NCBI GenBank assembly: GCA_964291285.2
Contig: OZ219786.1
Location: forward strand, 608,001-672,000
Reading direction: 5' to 3'
Origin: Alphaproteobacteria bacterium
Lineage (GTDB): Bacteria > Pseudomonadota > Alphaproteobacteria > Bin95
Length of the DNA stretch: 64,000 nucleotides
Shown here: positions 1-9,600 of the stretch, in pieces
Numbering within the stretch: position 1 is the stretch's first letter
Layout of the letters: every line of letters starts with the position of its first letter
Translations under genes and position numbers: made by a program
The notes under the pieces: generated by a model
Told to the model about the DNA's origin: nothing
Database searches by the model: none
What the model saw: the letters and a program-made list of their open reading frames with translations, nothing else

Positions 1-512
1 GCTGCGTCGGCGCCGGGCGCGACCAGGCTCTCCACCAGAGCGTCCGCGATGTCGCGCGGCTCCTTGCCCGCCAGGAGCGGCTCCTGGCGCAGGCGGATGA
101 ACTCGGCGCGCTTCTCCGGCGGCATGGACTCCTGGAAATCCGCCCGCGTATCGCAGAGCACCAGGGTGGCGACCCGGTCCGGGAAGCGGGCATGGAAGTC
201 CTGCGCGATCCGTCCGCCCATGGAGAGCCCGACCAGATGCGCCCGCTCGGCCCCGAAACGGTCGAGCACCCGGAGCGCGTCCTTCGCGAAATCGCCGAAA
301 TCGAGCGGGCCGTCATAGTCGTCGGAATCGCCATAGCCGCGCGCGTCCCAGGCGACGGCGTGGAAGCCGCCGCCGAGCGCCTCGAGCTGCCCGGTCCAGT
401 TCTTCCGGTTGCCGCCGATGCCGTGCAGGAAGAACACGAGCGGGCCGGACCCCGCCCGGTCCACGGCAAGCCGCGGCGTCCCTTCGATTAAGACCGTCTC
501 GATGTCCGTCAT
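1..512 (-). CDS. Alpha/beta fold hydrolase (3' end runs off the window)
   Basis: Not in the ORF track. Manual translation from ATG at 512 gives MTDIETVLIEGTPRLAVDRAGSGPLVFFLHGIGGN...WDARGYGDS...HLVGLSMGGRIA, with an HG oxyanion motif and a GxSxGG nucleophile elbow. Confidence 0.85.
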   Translation of the reverse strand, partial: MTDIETVLIEGTPRLAVDRAGSGPLVFFLHGIGGNRKNWTGQLEALGGGFHAVAWDARGYGDSDDYDGPLDFGDFAKDALRVLDRFGAERAHLVGLSMGGRIAQDFHARFPDRVATLVLCDTRADFQESMPPEKRAEFIRLRQEPLLAGKEPRDIADALVESLVAPGADA

Positions 513-525
513 TCGCGCCCGCCCG

Positions 526-1953
526 TCAGATGGAGAAGCCGCCGAGCTTGGTTTCCAGATATTCGGCGATGCCCTCATGGCCGCCCTCGCGGCCGAGGCC
601 GCTTTCCTTCGAGCCGCCGAAGGGGGCGGCGGCGGCGGTCGGGTTGATGTCGTTGATGCCGACAATGCCGAACTTCAGGCCCTCGAACATGCGGAAGCCC
701 TTGGCCATGTCGCGCGTATAGACATAGGAGGCGAGGCCGTAATGGGTGTCGTTGGCCATGGCGAGCGCCTCGTCCTCGTCCCGGAAGGCGATGATCGGCG
801 CGACCGGCCCGAAGGTCTCCTCGCGGTAGATCTGCATGTCGGGCGCAACCCCGGAGAGCACGGTCGGCGCATAGAAGGTGCCCTTCGCGAGCGCGCCGTC
901 GGTCATCCGGTGGCCGCCGCAGAGCACCTCCGCCCCGAGGCCGGCCGCGTCCGCCACCTGGCGCTCGACCTTCTCGACGGCCGCCTCATCGACGAGCGGG
1001 CCGATCTGCACGCCGTCCTCCAGCCCGTTGCCGGCGCGCATCCGCCCGACGCGCGAGACGAACTCCTCCGTGAAAGCATCGACGGCATTTTCGTGCACGA
1101 AGATGCGGTTGGGGCAGATGCAGGCCTGGCCCGTGTTCAGGAACTTGACCAGGGCCGCCCCCTTGGCGGCGTGGACGGGGTCGGTGTCCTCCAGCACCAG
1201 AAAGGGCGCATGGCCGCCCAGCTCAAGCGAGACGCGCTTCATCTGCGGGGCGGCGCGCGCGGCGATCATCTTGCCGACCTCGGTCGAGCCGGTGAAGGTG
1301 ATCTTCCGCACCCTCGGGTCGGTCAGGAACACATCGCCGACGGGGGCCGGGTCCTCGGCGGTCACGAGGTTGACCACGCCCGCCGGCACGCCCGCCGCCT
1401 CCAGACACTCGAACACCTTGACCGCGGAGAGCGGCGTCGCCTCGGCCGGCTTCAGCACGATGGTGCAGCCGGCGGCGATGGCCGGCGCCACCTTCCGCGT
1501 CACCATCGAGACCGGATAGTTCCAGGGCGTGACCGCCGCCACGACGCCGACCGGCTGGCGCATCACCATGAAGCGCTGGTCGCCGCGCGGGGCGGGGATG
1601 GTCTCGCCATAGACGCGCTTGGCCTCTTCGGCGTACCAGAGCAGGAAGTCCGCGCCGTAGCGCACCTCGTTGCGGGCCGCGCGCAGCGGCTTGCCCTGTT
1701 CGAGCGTCATGGTGCGGGCAAGGTCCTCCGCCCGCTCGGTCATGATCTCCCAGGCGCGGTAGAGGATGCGCGAGCGCTCATAGGCGGTCTGCCCCGCCCA
1801 GCCGGGAAAGGCGCGCTCGGCCGCCTCGATGGCGCGGGCCGCATCCGCGCCGCCGCCATCCGGCACCTCGCCGATGACATCGCCGTTTGCCGGGTTCGTT
1901 ACCCGGAAGCGTCCGCCGCCGGCCGCCTCGCACCAGACTCCGTCGATGAACAT
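526..1953 (-). CDS. gabD: NAD(P)-dependent succinate-semialdehyde dehydrogenase (GabD-like aldehyde dehydrogenase)
   Basis: ALDH motifs TPWNYP, FTGSTEVG, LELGGH, GQACICPNR, EETFGP, PFGGSKESGLGREG. Confidence 0.85.
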   Translation of the reverse strand: MFIDGVWCEAAGGGRFRVTNPANGDVIGEVPDGGGADAARAIEAAERAFPGWAGQTAYERSRILYRAWEIMTERAEDLARTMTLEQGKPLRAARNEVRYGADFLLWYAEEAKRVYGETIPAPRGDQRFMVMRQPVGVVAAVTPWNYPVSMVTRKVAPAIAAGCTIVLKPAEATPLSAVKVFECLEAAGVPAGVVNLVTAEDPAPVGDVFLTDPRVRKITFTGSTEVGKMIAARAAPQMKRVSLELGGHAPFLVLEDTDPVHAAKGAALVKFLNTGQACICPNRIFVHENAVDAFTEEFVSRVGRMRAGNGLEDGVQIGPLVDEAAVEKVERQVADAAGLGAEVLCGGHRMTDGALAKGTFYAPTVLSGVAPDMQIYREETFGPVAPIIAFRDEDEALAMANDTHYGLASYVYTRDMAKGFRMFEGLKFGIVGINDINPTAAAAPFGGSKESGLGREGGHEGIAEYLETKLGGFSI

Positions 1954-2097
1954 GGCTCCGCACCCCTCTCCGTTTCCTCGGCCGCCCGCCCCTTACCCCG
2001 CCAGCGCCGCGGGCTCAAGGTTTCCGGCGCCGCCGCTTGCGCCGGGCCGTTTCCCGCAACACCATGGAGGAAGAGGACCGAAAAGGGGATGCGGCCC

Positions 2098-2967
2098 ATG
2101 AAATTCGCACTGCGCTATTGCAACACCGGACGCTACACCGACCCGGCGGAGGCGGTGGCCCTGCTCCAAGCCGGCGAGGCGGCGGGGTTCGAGTCCGCCT
2201 GGACCATCGAGCACACCGTGGTGCCGAAGGGCTACCGGTCCTCCTATCCCTATGCGGCCGGTGGCCGGATGCCCGGCGACGAGGCGGAGTTCGTCATGCC
2301 GGACCCGCTGATCTGGATGTCCTGGGTCGCGGCGCGCACGGAGCGCATCCGCCTCGGGACCGCGATCCTGATCCTGCCGCAGCACAATCCGGTCGTCACT
2401 GCCAAGCAGGTGGCGACGCTGGATGCCATGTCGGGCGGGCGGATCGAGCTCGGCATCGGCGTGGGCTGGCTGCGCGAGGAGTTCGATGCGCTGGGCGTGC
2501 CGTTCGAGGACCGGGGCGCGCGCACGGACGACTATGTGCATGCCATGCGCGAACTCTGGCGCTCGCCGGCGCCGACTTACAGGGGCCGCTTCGTCTCCTT
2601 CGAGAACGCCTATATGCAACCGAAACCGCGAAACGGCACGGTCCCGATCACGGTCGGCGGCCATTCGAAGGCCGCGGCCCGGCGGGCCGGCCGGCTGGGC
2701 GACGGCTTCTTCCCGGCGCGCGGCGCGCCCGAGGACCTGTTCGACCTGGTGCGCGCGACGGCCCGCGAACACGGGCGCGACCCGGACGCGATCACGCTCA
2801 CCTGCTCGATCCCCGACGACCTGAACGAACTGCCGCGCCTGGCCGCCATGGGCGTCGGGCGCGTCACCGTGCCAGTGACGGGCGTCGCCGGCCTCGCCAT
2901 GCGCGTGGACGGGCCCGAAGACCTGATGGCGTGGAAGGAGACCATCGAGCGCTACGCCGACCTCTGA
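2098..2967 (+). CDS. LLM-class flavin/F420-dependent oxidoreductase
   Basis: C-terminal part of ORF 409..2967 from ATG 2098 (MKFALRY). Motifs GFESAWTIEH, RIRLGTAILILPQHNP, ATLDAMSGGRIELGIGVGW, RRAGRLGDGFFP. Confidence 0.85.
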   Translation: MKFALRYCNTGRYTDPAEAVALLQAGEAAGFESAWTIEHTVVPKGYRSSYPYAAGGRMPGDEAEFVMPDPLIWMSWVAARTERIRLGTAILILPQHNPVVTAKQVATLDAMSGGRIELGIGVGWLREEFDALGVPFEDRGARTDDYVHAMRELWRSPAPTYRGRFVSFENAYMQPKPRNGTVPITVGGHSKAAARRAGRLGDGFFPARGAPEDLFDLVRATAREHGRDPDAITLTCSIPDDLNELPRLAAMGVGRVTVPVTGVAGLAMRVDGPEDLMAWKETIERYADL

Positions 2968-2985
2968 GCGGGGCGACGGCGCGGG

Positions 2986-3720
2986 TCAGGCCCGGACGGC
3001 GGCGATCAGATATTCGACATTACCTTCCGGGCCGCGCAGCGGGCTTTCCTCCAGGCCCAGCACGAACCAGCCTTCGAGGCTTTCCAGCCAGACGCGTACC
3101 GCCTCGCAGACCTCCCGGCGCACGCCCGGGTCGCGCACGACGCCGCCCTTGCCGACGCGCGCCCGTCCGGCCTCGAATTGCGGCTTGATGAGCGCCACCA
3201 GATGGGCACCCGGCCGGGTGAGCGCAAGCGGCGCGGGCAATACGGTCCTGAGCGGGATGAAGGAGGCGTCGCAGACGACGAGATCGACGGGGTCCGGGAC
3301 TTCGGCCGCCGTCAGGTGGCGCGCATTGGTGCGCTCCAGCACGCATACGCGGGGATCGTTGCGCAGCTTCCAGGCCAGCTGCCCGCGCCCGACATCGACG
3401 GCCCACACGCGGGCCGCGCCGTTCGCCAGCAGCACATCCGTGAAGCCGCCCGTGGAGGCACCGACATCCAGGCATGTCCGACCCCGGACGGAAATGCTGA
3501 ACGCCTCGAGGCCGTGCGCGAGCTTCAGCCCGCCGCGCGAGACCCAGGGATGCGCCCGCCCGCGCACCTCCAGCGGCGTGTCCGCGCCGATGGCATGGCC
3601 GGCCTTGTCGAGCCGTTGCGTGCCGGAATAGACCTTGCCCGCGAGGATGAGCGCCTGCGCCTGCGTCCGGTTTTCTGAGAGGCCGCGCGCGACCAGGACC
3701 CGGTCGAGGCGGTCCTTCAC
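2986..3720 (-). CDS. tlyA: TlyA family rRNA methyltransferase
   Basis: N-terminal S4 domain, [35 protein letters not shown]; sits downstream of dxs as usual. Confidence 0.93.
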   Translation of the reverse strand: MKDRLDRVLVARGLSENRTQAQALILAGKVYSGTQRLDKAGHAIGADTPLEVRGRAHPWVSRGGLKLAHGLEAFSISVRGRTCLDVGASTGGFTDVLLANGAARVWAVDVGRGQLAWKLRNDPRVCVLERTNARHLTAAEVPDPVDLVVCDASFIPLRTVLPAPLALTRPGAHLVALIKPQFEAGRARVGKGGVVRDPGVRREVCEAVRVWLESLEGWFVLGLEESPLRGPEGNVEYLIAAVRA

Positions 3721-5636
3721 CCCACTGCCGCGACCGGCTTAGGGCCGAAGGCGGCGAACACCGTCCGGAAAATGGCGTCCGTGTCCAGCCCCGCCTGGGC
3801 CACCTGCGCTTCCGGCTTGTCATGGTCGATGAAGATGTCCGGCATGACCAGGGAGCGGATCTTCAGACCGCCGTCCAGAAGGCCCCGGGCCGCCAGGAAC
3901 TGGAGCACGAAGGCCCCGAAGCCGCCGACCGAGCCTTCCTCCACCGTGATCAGGAGCTCGTGGTTCTCCGCCAGCTGGCGCACCAGGTCCTCGTCCAGCG
4001 GCTTGGCGAAGCGCGCATCGGCAACCGTGGTCGAAATCCCCTCCGTCTCCAGCCGTTCCGCCGCCGCCAGCGCATCGTGGAGCCGCGCGCCGTAGGAGAG
4101 GATGGCCGCCCTCGACCCTTCGCGCATGATCCGGCCCCTGCCGATTTCCAACGCCTCGCCGCGTTCAGGCAGGGGCACCCCGACGCCCTCGCCGCGCGCA
4201 TAGCGCAGCGCCGAGGGTCCGCCGTCGATGCCCACGGCCGTCGCGACCATGTGCACGAGGTCGGCTTCATCGGCGGCCGCCATCAGCACGAAATTGGGCA
4301 GGCAGCCCAGATAGGCGATGTCGAAGGCGCCGCAATGGGTCGCGCCGTCTGCGCCGACATAGCCGGCCCGGTCGATGGCGAAGCGCACCGGCAGCGACTG
4401 GATCGCGACATCGTGGACGACCTGGTCGTAGCCGCGCTGGAGGAAGGTGGAATAGATCGCCGCGAACGGCTTCATGCCCTCGCAGGCCAGCCCGGCGGCG
4501 AAGGTCACTGCATGCTGCTCGGCGATGCCCACATCGAAGGCGCGGTCCGGGAAGCGCGCGCCGAACGCATCCACGCCCGTGCCCGACGGCATGGCCGCGG
4601 TAATGGCGCAGACCGTCGGGTCGCGTTCGGCCTCGGCGATCAGGCTCTTCGCGAAAATCGAGGTGTAGGAAGGCGCGGCGGGTTTCGATTTCGCCTGGAC
4701 GCCGGTATCGAGGTCGAACTTGGAAACGCCGTGATACTTGTCGCCGGAGACCTCCGCCGGCTCGTAGCCCTTGCCCTTCTGCGTGACCGCATGGATCAGC
4801 ACCGGCCCCCGACCGTCCGTGTCGCGGACATTGCGCAGGATGGGCAGCAGATGGTCGAGATTGTGGCCGTCTATCGGGCCCACATAGTAGAAGCCCATCT
4901 CCTCGAACAGCGTACCGCCGGTGACGAGGCCGCGCGCATATTCCTCCGCCCGGAGCGCGGCGATCTCGAACGGCTTCGGGAAGCGGCGCGCCACTTCCTT
5001 CGCAACCTGCCTCAGAGAGCGGTAGGAACGCGAGGAGATCAGCCGCGCGAGATAGTTGCTCATCGCCCCGACATTGGGCGCGATCGACATGTCGTTGTCG
5101 TTCAGAACGACGACGAGCGGCAGTTCCATCGCGCCGGCATTGTTCATCGCCTCATAGGCCATGCCGGCCGTCATGGCGCCGTCTCCGATCACGGCGATGC
5201 ACCGCTTGCTCTGGCCGCGAAGCTGGGCCCCCGCCGCCATGCCGAGCGCCGCCGAGATCGAGGTCGAGCTGTGCGCGGCGCCGAAGGGGTCGTAAGGGCT
5301 CTCGACGCGGCGGGTGAAGCCCGAGAGGCCGCCGCCCTGGCGCAGCGTGCGCATGCCGGACCGGCGCCCGGTGAGAATCTTGTGCGGATAGGCCTGGTGG
5401 CTGACATCCCAGATCAGGCGGTCGTGAGGGGTTTCGAACACCGCATGCAGCGCCACGGTGAGCTCGATCACGCCCAGGCTGGCCCCCAGGTGGCCGCCGG
5501 TCTGCGAGACCGTATCGACCGTCTCGAAGCGCAGCTCGGCGGCGAGTTGCTTCAACTCGTTGTCGGACAGTTCACGGAGGTCCGCAGGAGAGTCGATGCG
5601 GTCCAGTAGGGGCGTCGTTCGGTTCGACAGGTACAT
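3717..5636 (-). CDS. dxs: 1-deoxy-D-xylulose-5-phosphate synthase
   Basis: [69 protein letters not shown]. Start codon approximate. Confidence 0.97.
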   Translation of the reverse strand: MYLSNRTTPLLDRIDSPADLRELSDNELKQLAAELRFETVDTVSQTGGHLGASLGVIELTVALHAVFETPHDRLIWDVSHQAYPHKILTGRRSGMRTLRQGGGLSGFTRRVESPYDPFGAAHSSTSISAALGMAAGAQLRGQSKRCIAVIGDGAMTAGMAYEAMNNAGAMELPLVVVLNDNDMSIAPNVGAMSNYLARLISSRSYRSLRQVAKEVARRFPKPFEIAALRAEEYARGLVTGGTLFEEMGFYYVGPIDGHNLDHLLPILRNVRDTDGRGPVLIHAVTQKGKGYEPAEVSGDKYHGVSKFDLDTGVQAKSKPAAPSYTSIFAKSLIAEAERDPTVCAITAAMPSGTGVDAFGARFPDRAFDVGIAEQHAVTFAAGLACEGMKPFAAIYSTFLQRGYDQVVHDVAIQSLPVRFAIDRAGYVGADGATHCGAFDIAYLGCLPNFVLMAAADEADLVHMVATAVGIDGGPSALRYARGEGVGVPLPERGEALEIGRGRIMREGSRAAILSYGARLHDALAAAERLETEGISTTVADARFAKPLDEDLVRQLAENHELLITVEEGSVGGFGAFVLQFLAARGLLDGGLKIRSLVMPDIFIDHDKPEAQVAQAGLDTDAIFRTVFAAFGPKPVAAVG

Positions 5637-5646
5637 CGGACACCTC

Positions 5647-6534
5647 TCAACTACTGCGTTGGACGGCAAACCGGGCAGCGTCCCGCAAGGGATCGGCGCG
5701 GGTTCCGAAACAATCGAGATGCGCGGCCGCCTGCTCGCTCAGCATGGCCGCCCGCGCCCGCGCCGACTCGATGCCCAGAAGCGAAACGACCGTTGCCTTG
5801 CCTTGCGCCGCATCCTTGCGCAGCCGCTTCCCGGCTTCCTCTTCCGAGCCGTCGGCGTCGATCAGGTCGTCAGCGATCTGGAAGGCGAAACCGAGGTCCT
5901 GGGCATAGGCGGTGAGAGCACGCTCCGCATCGGCCGCCGCCCCGCCCAGCAAGGCGCCCGCGCGGCAGCAGAAGGCGATCAGCGCGCCGGTCTTCATGCG
6001 CTCCAGACGGGCGATTTCGCCATATTCGAACTCGGTGCGCTCGGCGAGCATGTCGAGCATCTGGCCGCCGCACATGCCCTCGGCGCCGGCGGCGCGCGCC
6101 AGCCCGCCAACCAGTCTCAGGCGAACGGTCGGACTCGGATGCGTTTCGGCATCGGCCAGCACTTCGAAGGCCAGTGTCAGCAGGGCGTCGCCCGCCAGAA
6201 TGGCGGTCGCTTCGTCCCAGGCGGCGTGGACCGTCGGCCGGCCGCGCCGGACGTCGTCATCGTCCATCGCCGGCAGGTCGTCATGGACCAGCGAATAGCA
6301 ATGCACCAGTTCGACGGCGGCGCCGCAGCGCAGCGCAAAGCGTTCCTCCACGCCGAACAGGTCCGCAGAGGCGACGACCAGAAACGGCCTGAGCCGCTTG
6401 CCGGGGCCGAGCGCGGCATAGCGCATGGCGTCGAACAGCCGCCTCTCCGCGCGCCCCGTCTCGGGCAGCAGGCCGGCCAGAATCCGGTCAACCTTGGCGC
6501 GGACCCGTCCGAGACGGTCGGGAAAGCCCGTCAC
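5647..6534 (-). CDS. ispA: Farnesyl diphosphate synthase / polyprenyl synthetase
   Basis: [24 protein letters not shown] (FARM), FQIADD (SARM); lies between xseB and dxs. Confidence 0.93.
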   Translation of the reverse strand: MTGFPDRLGRVRAKVDRILAGLLPETGRAERRLFDAMRYAALGPGKRLRPFLVVASADLFGVEERFALRCGAAVELVHCYSLVHDDLPAMDDDDVRRGRPTVHAAWDEATAILAGDALLTLAFEVLADAETHPSPTVRLRLVGGLARAAGAEGMCGGQMLDMLAERTEFEYGEIARLERMKTGALIAFCCRAGALLGGAAADAERALTAYAQDLGFAFQIADDLIDADGSEEEAGKRLRKDAAQGKATVVSLLGIESARARAAMLSEQAAAHLDCFGTRADPLRDAARFAVQRSS

Positions 6535-6785
6535 CCGCCGGCTTCCGGGTCGAGCGGCTCAGCTGCGGGAACGCCATTGCGGTCGAGCGCGATCTTTTCG
6601 ACCTTCTCCTGCGCCAGACGCAGCTTGTCCTCGCAGTGACGCTTGAGTGCGGCGCCGCGCTCATAGGCGGCGATAGCGTCTTCCAGCGGCGTGCGGCCCT
6701 GCTCCAGCCGCTGGACGATCTGCTCGAGTTCCGCCATGGCGTCCTCGAAGCTCATCGCCGAAATTTCGGTCGTTTCGGCCGTCAA
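6531..6785 (-). CDS. xseB: Exodeoxyribonuclease VII small subunit
   Basis: SFEDAMAELEQIVQRLEQG...LEDAIAAYERG...C...L..AQEKV; TTG start at 6785 with GGAGG upstream. Confidence 0.93.
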   Translation of the reverse strand: MTAETTEISAMSFEDAMAELEQIVQRLEQGRTPLEDAIAAYERGAALKRHCEDKLRLAQEKVEKIALDRNGVPAAEPLDPEAGG

Positions 6786-6957
6786 AAGCCAACCTCCGCG
6801 CCAAGCCAGCAAGCGGATTCATCATACTACGCCTGCGGTGCATGTTCAAACCGGAGGGACTGAAATCCACCCCGTAAGCGCCGGACAGGGCCGCGGATAA
6901 TAACCGGGCGCCCAACAAATCAGCTTCCCGCAACCGGGCGATTTTCCGCAGTATCGG

Positions 6958-7947
6958 TCAGGTTGCGGTTTCGCCCGTGGCGAGCACGATCTTGCCGGCG
7001 ACCTTGCGTGAGAGAAGGCGGCGGAGCGCGTCGGCCGCCCGTTCGAGAGGCCAGGTCTCGGCGATGCGCGGCTTGAGCGCGCCCGCCTCGTAAAGCTTGA
7101 AGAGGTCCGCGAAGCTCCGTTGCAGCCGTTCCGGCTCGCGTTCCCGGTGGGAGCTCCAATAGACGCCGATGGCGGCGGCATTCTTGACCAGCAGCAGATT
7201 GGCCGGCGCCTGCGGAATGCGCCCGGCCGCGAAGCCGACCACCAGAAGCCTGCCGCCCCAGGCGATCGAGCGCATGGAAGCGTCGAAGACGTCGCCCCCC
7301 ACGGGATCGTAGATCACGTCCGCGCCGCGTCCCTCCGTGATGTCCCTGACGCGCGCCCGGATATCCTCGCTCCTGTAATCGATGCCGTGGTCCGCGCCGT
7401 GTCCGAGGGCGACGGCCAGCTTCTCTGGCCCGCCGGCGGTGGCGATGACGGTCGCGCCCATCGCCTTGCCGATCTCGACCGCGGTTAGCCCGACGCCGCC
7501 GGCCGCGCCGTGCACGAGCAGCGTTTCGCCGGCCTTCAGGTTGCCCCGATGGTCGAGGCCGATATGGCTCGTGCCGTAAGTCACGGGGAAGCCCGCGGCC
7601 GTGACGAAATCCATGCTCTCCGGCAGGCGGTAAACGTGCACGGCCGGAACGCAGACCTGTTCGCGGTACGCGCCGTAATCCATCACCGCCATCACGCGCT
7701 CGCCGATCTCGAAGCCTTTGACGTCCGGCCCGAGCGCATCGATATGGCCGGCGCATTCGAAACCCGGACTGAAGGGGAAGGCCGGGCGCGTCTGATACTG
7801 GCCGGCAGCCACCAGCGAGTCGGCGAAATTCACGCCGACGGCCGCCGCCCGCACCCGCACCTCGCCGGGGCCCGGCGCCTCCGGTTCGATGTCCTCGACG
7901 GTGAAGGCGTCGATCCCGTCGAAGGACCGGCAGAGGACCGCGCGCAT
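6958..7947 (-). CDS. NADPH:quinone oxidoreductase family (MDR) protein
   Basis: GVNFADSL..G.YQ.RP..PFSPG.E, LVHGAAGGVG, YDPVGG, VVGFAAG.IP. Confidence 0.9.
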   Translation of the reverse strand: MRAVLCRSFDGIDAFTVEDIEPEAPGPGEVRVRAAAVGVNFADSLVAAGQYQTRPAFPFSPGFECAGHIDALGPDVKGFEIGERVMAVMDYGAYREQVCVPAVHVYRLPESMDFVTAAGFPVTYGTSHIGLDHRGNLKAGETLLVHGAAGGVGLTAVEIGKAMGATVIATAGGPEKLAVALGHGADHGIDYRSEDIRARVRDITEGRGADVIYDPVGGDVFDASMRSIAWGGRLLVVGFAAGRIPQAPANLLLVKNAAAIGVYWSSHREREPERLQRSFADLFKLYEAGALKPRIAETWPLERAADALRRLLSRKVAGKIVLATGETAT

Positions 7948-8645
7948 CAGCGCAGCACCCGGCCCAGCATCGCCTCGGAGCGCCCGTTTGCAAGCTCCTT
8001 CATAGCAGTCACTTCGGTCACCGCGCCTTCACGCGCGAAGGCGTGGTCCGTGTCGGGATAGGTGTAGATTTCGGCAGCCGCGTGGCCGGCCAACGCCGCC
8101 GCCGTCGCATCGCGCACCGGGGCCGGGGTCCAGGGGTCCGCCTCGCCGATATGCAGCATCACGGGTCGCGTTATCTGCGCCGCTTCGTCCAGATAGTCCT
8201 CAATGCCGACGCCGTAATAAGAGATGTCGCAATCTGCCTCGCCGCGCGCGGCATGCAGGAAGGCGAGCAGCCCGCCCAGGCAATAGCCCTGGGTCGCGAC
8301 CTTGCCGCTGCATTCGGGCATGTCCCGGAGCCGCGCGACGGCCGCCGCCGTGTCCGAGACCGCGAGATCGACATTGAAATCCGAGCGCGTCGCCAGTGCC
8401 CGGTCCCGGTGGCCGGGGGTCTCCGGGTCGAGCTCGAATTCCGGGTCGATGCGCCAGTAGAGCTTCGGGCAGACAGCCAGGAAGCCCTTGCCGGCCCAGT
8501 AGTCGGCAATCGCGCGCATGAAGCGGTTGACGCCGAACACCTCGTTCAGCAGCAGCAGGCCGGGCGCGGGCCCGCCGGCGTCGGGATAGGCGGCATAAGC
8601 GCCGAAGGTCTCGCCGGCGCGCGTGGTGATCGTAAGCTCGGACAT
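7947..8645 (-). CDS. Dienelactone hydrolase family protein
   Basis: From ATG 8645 (MSELTITTRAGETFGAY): EVFGVN, GYCLGG nucleophile, YYG, HAFAR. Confidence 0.88.
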   Translation of the reverse strand: MSELTITTRAGETFGAYAAYPDAGGPAPGLLLLNEVFGVNRFMRAIADYWAGKGFLAVCPKLYWRIDPEFELDPETPGHRDRALATRSDFNVDLAVSDTAAAVARLRDMPECSGKVATQGYCLGGLLAFLHAARGEADCDISYYGVGIEDYLDEAAQITRPVMLHIGEADPWTPAPVRDATAAALAGHAAAEIYTYPDTDHAFAREGAVTEVTAMKELANGRSEAMLGRVLR

Positions 8646-8766
8646 GGGATCAAGCGTCTCGTTTCGGGGAGTGGCGCGCATTGTAGCAGGCGGTTCCGGC
8701 AAGGCGGACATGCCGTGCGTTTTGCGTGACAATGGGCGGGCTGGAGAAACAGGGGGAGCCGAACGC

Positions 8767-9600
8767 ATGGCCGAGCTGGAAGGGAAGACCGCCGTCATCA
8801 CGGGAGGCGCGAGCGGCATCGGCGAGGCGACGGCGCGGCTGTTCACCGCCGAGGGTGCGCGCGTCGTGATCGCCGACATGCAGCGCGAGCGGGGCGAGGC
8901 GCTGGCGGCGGAACTCGGCGAGGCGGCGCTGTTCGCCCCCTGCGAGGTCCGCGACGAGACGGAGGTGAAGGCGGCCGTCGATCTGGCGCTCGACCGCTGG
9001 GGGCGGCTCGACTGCATGTTCAACAATGCGGGCTTCGGCGGCGCGCTCGGGCCGCTTGAGGCGATTCCGGCGGAGGAGTTCGACCTGTCCTTCGACGTGC
9101 TGGTGCGCGGCGTGTTCCTCGGCATGAAGCATGCCATCCCGGCGATGAAGGCGCAGGGCTCGGGCAGTATCGTCAACACCGGCAGCATCGCCGGCATCAC
9201 CGCCGGGCGCGGGCCGCAGGTCTATTCCGCGGCCAAGGCGGCCGTGGTGCATCTCTCCAGGGTCTCGGCGATGGAACTCGGCGAGCACTTGGTCCGGGTG
9301 AATTGCGTCTGCCCCGGCTATATCGCGACGCCGCTTTCGGCCAACACCGTCGGCAAGCCGGACAGCCTGATCGAGGAACGGCTCGACGACTACGCCTTGC
9401 AGCAGCCGATCCCGCGCGTCGGACGGCCGCGCGACATCGCCGAGACCGTGCTGTTTCTCGCGAGCGACCGGTCGAGCTTCGTCACCGGCCAGGCGATCAC
9501 CGTGGACGGCGGCGCGGCCACGGGCGTTCTCTGGCGCGACCAGAAACCCTTCTACAGGCAATACCGCCCCATCCGCGTCTATCACCCCGACCGCCGTTAG
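8767..9600 (+). CDS. SDR family oxidoreductase
   Basis: TGGASGIG, NNAG, YSAAK, VNCVCPG, VTGQAITVDGG. Confidence 0.92.
   Translation: MAELEGKTAVITGGASGIGEATARLFTAEGARVVIADMQRERGEALAAELGEAALFAPCEVRDETEVKAAVDLALDRWGRLDCMFNNAGFGGALGPLEAIPAEEFDLSFDVLVRGVFLGMKHAIPAMKAQGSGSIVNTGSIAGITAGRGPQVYSAAKAAVVHLSRVSAMELGEHLVRVNCVCPGYIATPLSANTVGKPDSLIEERLDDYALQQPIPRVGRPRDIAETVLFLASDRSSFVTGQAITVDGGAATGVLWRDQKPFYRQYRPIRVYHPDRR

Noticed and set aside
409-2097. N-terminal 560 aa of the 852-aa ORF, and similar long ORFs (18556..22161, 14671..16632, 50418..53360, 25480..27585, 59119..61230)
   Set aside because: Antisense or off-frame shadows of real genes in high-GC DNA. Only the embedded segments with recognisable motifs were kept, so these are not fusions.
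2098-2967. F420 dependence of the LLM oxidoreductase as a novelty
   Set aside because: The cofactor cannot be determined from sequence here, no F420 biosynthesis genes are in the window, and the family is common.
6790-6957. Intergenic region upstream of xseB as an ncRNA or riboswitch
   Set aside because: No recognisable conserved motif or convincing structure.
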